In this document: piece by piece, positions 61,778 to 64,000 of the stretch
How positions within the stretch are numbered: position 1 is the stretch's first letter
Layout of the letters: each line of letters begins with the position of its first letter
DNA from: Eledone cirrhosa
Lineage: Eukaryota
DNA length: 64,000 nt
Reading direction: 5' to 3'
Assembly (NCBI GenBank): GCA_964016885.1
Contig: OZ024757.1
Span: 19,778,001 to 19,842,000 of the forward strand
Notes under the pieces: generated by a model
What the model saw: only the letters and a program-made list of their open reading frames with translations
The model's database searches: none
Told to the model about the DNA's origin: nothing
Translations under genes and position numbers: made by a program

Positions 61778-62024
61778 GAATATAAGCCAGTATATATCTC
61801 AACTAGAATGTAAATTAATTCAAAACTAACTCCCCACCCCCTGTTCTACATCAGTCATAGACTGTAATATATTTAGGGAGCTAGGGAGCCCCTTAGAATG
61901 TATACTTAAAGGTTCAGAACACAGCTGCTAACCCCATAAAGGGCCTCCTTTACAACAACCCTCTGTTGTAGTCCCTTATTTTTTAATTTTCAGTGAGGTG
62001 AGACAGCATATGGTTGCTTTACTA

Positions 62025-62025
62025 A

Positions 62026-62108
<83 letters not shown>

Positions 62109-62115
62109 GTGTCTA

Positions 62116-62206
<91 letters not shown>

Positions 62207-62287
62207 AGCTGTCTGTCTATCTCTCTCTCTCTCTGTCTGTCTATCTCTCTCTCTGTCTATCTCTCTCTCTGTCTGTCTGTCTGTCTC

Positions 62288-62360
<73 letters not shown>

Positions 62361-62363
62361 GTA

Positions 62364-62424
<61 letters not shown>

Positions 62425-62815
62425 GTCTCTCTGTCTCTGTCTATCTGTCTCTGTCTCTCTCTCTCCACCCTCCAATGCGCCCCTCTCTCTCCACCCTCCA
62501 ATGCGCCCCTCTCTCTCCACCCTCCAATGCGCCCCTCTCTCTCCACCCTCCAATGCGCCCCTCTCTCTCCACCCTCCAATGCGCCCCTCTCTCTCCACCC
62601 TCCAATGCGCCCCTCTCTCTCCACCCTCCAATGCGCCCCCCTCTCTCCACCCTCCAATGCGCCCCCCTCTCTCCACCCTCCAATGCGCCCCCCTCTCTCC
62701 ACCCTCCAATGCGCCCCCCTCTCTCCACCCTCCAATGCCCCCCTCTCTACCACCCCCTCTCTCCACCCTCCAATGCCCCCCTCTCTCCACCCTCCATTGC
62801 CCCCCCCTATCCTCC
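62025..62815. repeat. (TC/TCTG)n block and 26-bp minisatellite CTCTCTCCACCCTCCAATGCGCCCCT (about 13 copies)
   Basis: Directly visible. Confidence 0.92.
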
Positions 62816-63020
62816 ACTCCAACTGCTCTCCACCCCTCTCTGTACCCCTTCCCTCATCTCTCTACCACCACCCCTCTCTCTACCACCACCCTTCTCTCTG
62901 CCACCACCCCTCTCTCTCTACCCCTCCCCATCACCCTCTCAGCAGGTGGTACTCCTGTTCTTGTTGTTGGATCATAGTTTTTGCTGTTGCTGCTGTTGTT
63001 GTTGTTGTTCTAATAATGAT

Positions 63021-63076
<56 letters not shown>

Positions 63077-63217
63077 AAGAAAGTATGGTAAGGAACCAGG
63101 TGGACCATAACACACCAGAGTACTCAATACTTAGGGTAGTAGAGTGGGTAATAGGAAAAAGAGTCAGGACCCCGACGGCTGAGCTCCAGCCATTTCGACA
63201 GCTAGATCCGAACAGTG

Positions 63218-63269
<52 letters not shown>

Positions 63270-63355
63270 GAAAAATTGAACAGGAACAAAACAGAGAGGC
63301 AGTACAACGAATGTTTATTAATTTCACGCTCTTGAGAGTGGGGTGGTGGTGGGGA

Positions 63356-63387
63356 ACGACGTTTCGGGCATAAGCCCTTCTTCAGGT
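63356..63387 (-). ncRNA. Penelope-type minimal hammerhead motif with weak helix I
   Basis: ac-CTGAAGA-a-gggc(ttat)gccc-GAAA-cg-TC^gt, with AATAAA about 40 nt downstream. Confidence 0.5.
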
Positions 63388-63747
63388 GAAAAGTGTGTGG
63401 GAAGAGAGTTCAAAGGGTGTGTAGGGGAGTGGTGGAGAGACATATAGCAACCCCTTCTATGTAAAGTTATGTTGGTGCCACACCATCCAGGCCGAAACAA
63501 ATGAGATCGTGTAGGTGTCACGACAAAAAAACACACAGTTCACGCTGTAATGTGGCCGTGTAGGCAACACGCTAAAAACCTCCCAGACCCACACTGTAAA
63601 TGTGGTTGGTGTTAGGAAGGGCATCCAACTGTAGAAAACCTGCCAGACAGTCCTATGCGAGCAAGACAATCACTCTTGCCTCAAGTGGGAAAACCCCCGT
63701 CCAAACCCATGCAAACATGGAACACGGACGTTAAACGTTGATGATGA

Positions 63748-63793
<46 letters not shown>

Positions 63794-64000
63794 TCATCAT
63801 CATCGTTTAACATCTATCTTCCACGCTAGCATGGGTTTAGACAGGAATTGTCCCACTTGAGGCAAGATTAGTCATCTCGCTCATATAGGACTGTCTGGCA
63901 GGTTTTCTATGGCTGGATGCCCTTCCTAACATATATATATATACACACACACATACACACATGTGGATTTTCAATCGTCAGATTGCTAGGTCGATTTCCG

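Overview
Eukaryotic, AT-rich, microsatellite-saturated animal DNA. The SINE/LINE repertoire suggests an octopod cephalopod (inference). There is a 200-N gap at 6001-6200. The only host gene recognised is ODAD2/ARMC4 (armadillo-repeat outer dynein arm docking protein) on the + strand: six internal exons (22145-22354, 27388-27621, 40218-40328, 41865-42080, 42797-42978, 44132-44246) with canonical AG/GT ends that splice in frame to 356 codons. No flanking exons were found, so the rest of the window is probably intron. The non-exonic sequence holds a young CR1-clade LINE (one near-complete ORF2 and a near-identical truncated copy), several RTE LINE families, Tx1/L1- and R4/Dong-like 3' ends, an Hsmar2-like DD34D mariner with an open transposase ORF, two tRNA-derived SINE families, and many mini- and microsatellites. 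The two most unusual signals are: (1) a dispersed set of diverse minimal type I hammerhead ribozyme motifs of Penelope-like type near (TA)n tracts, some as back-to-back pairs in long palindromes, with intact free copies antisense to the gene and sense copies core-mutated or hairpin-locked; (2) tandem arrays (110 bp, 97 bp, 48 bp) that are amplified pieces of RTE LINE sequence. Most ORFs in the supplied track are microsatellite artefacts. Family assignments come from recalled motifs, not database searches.
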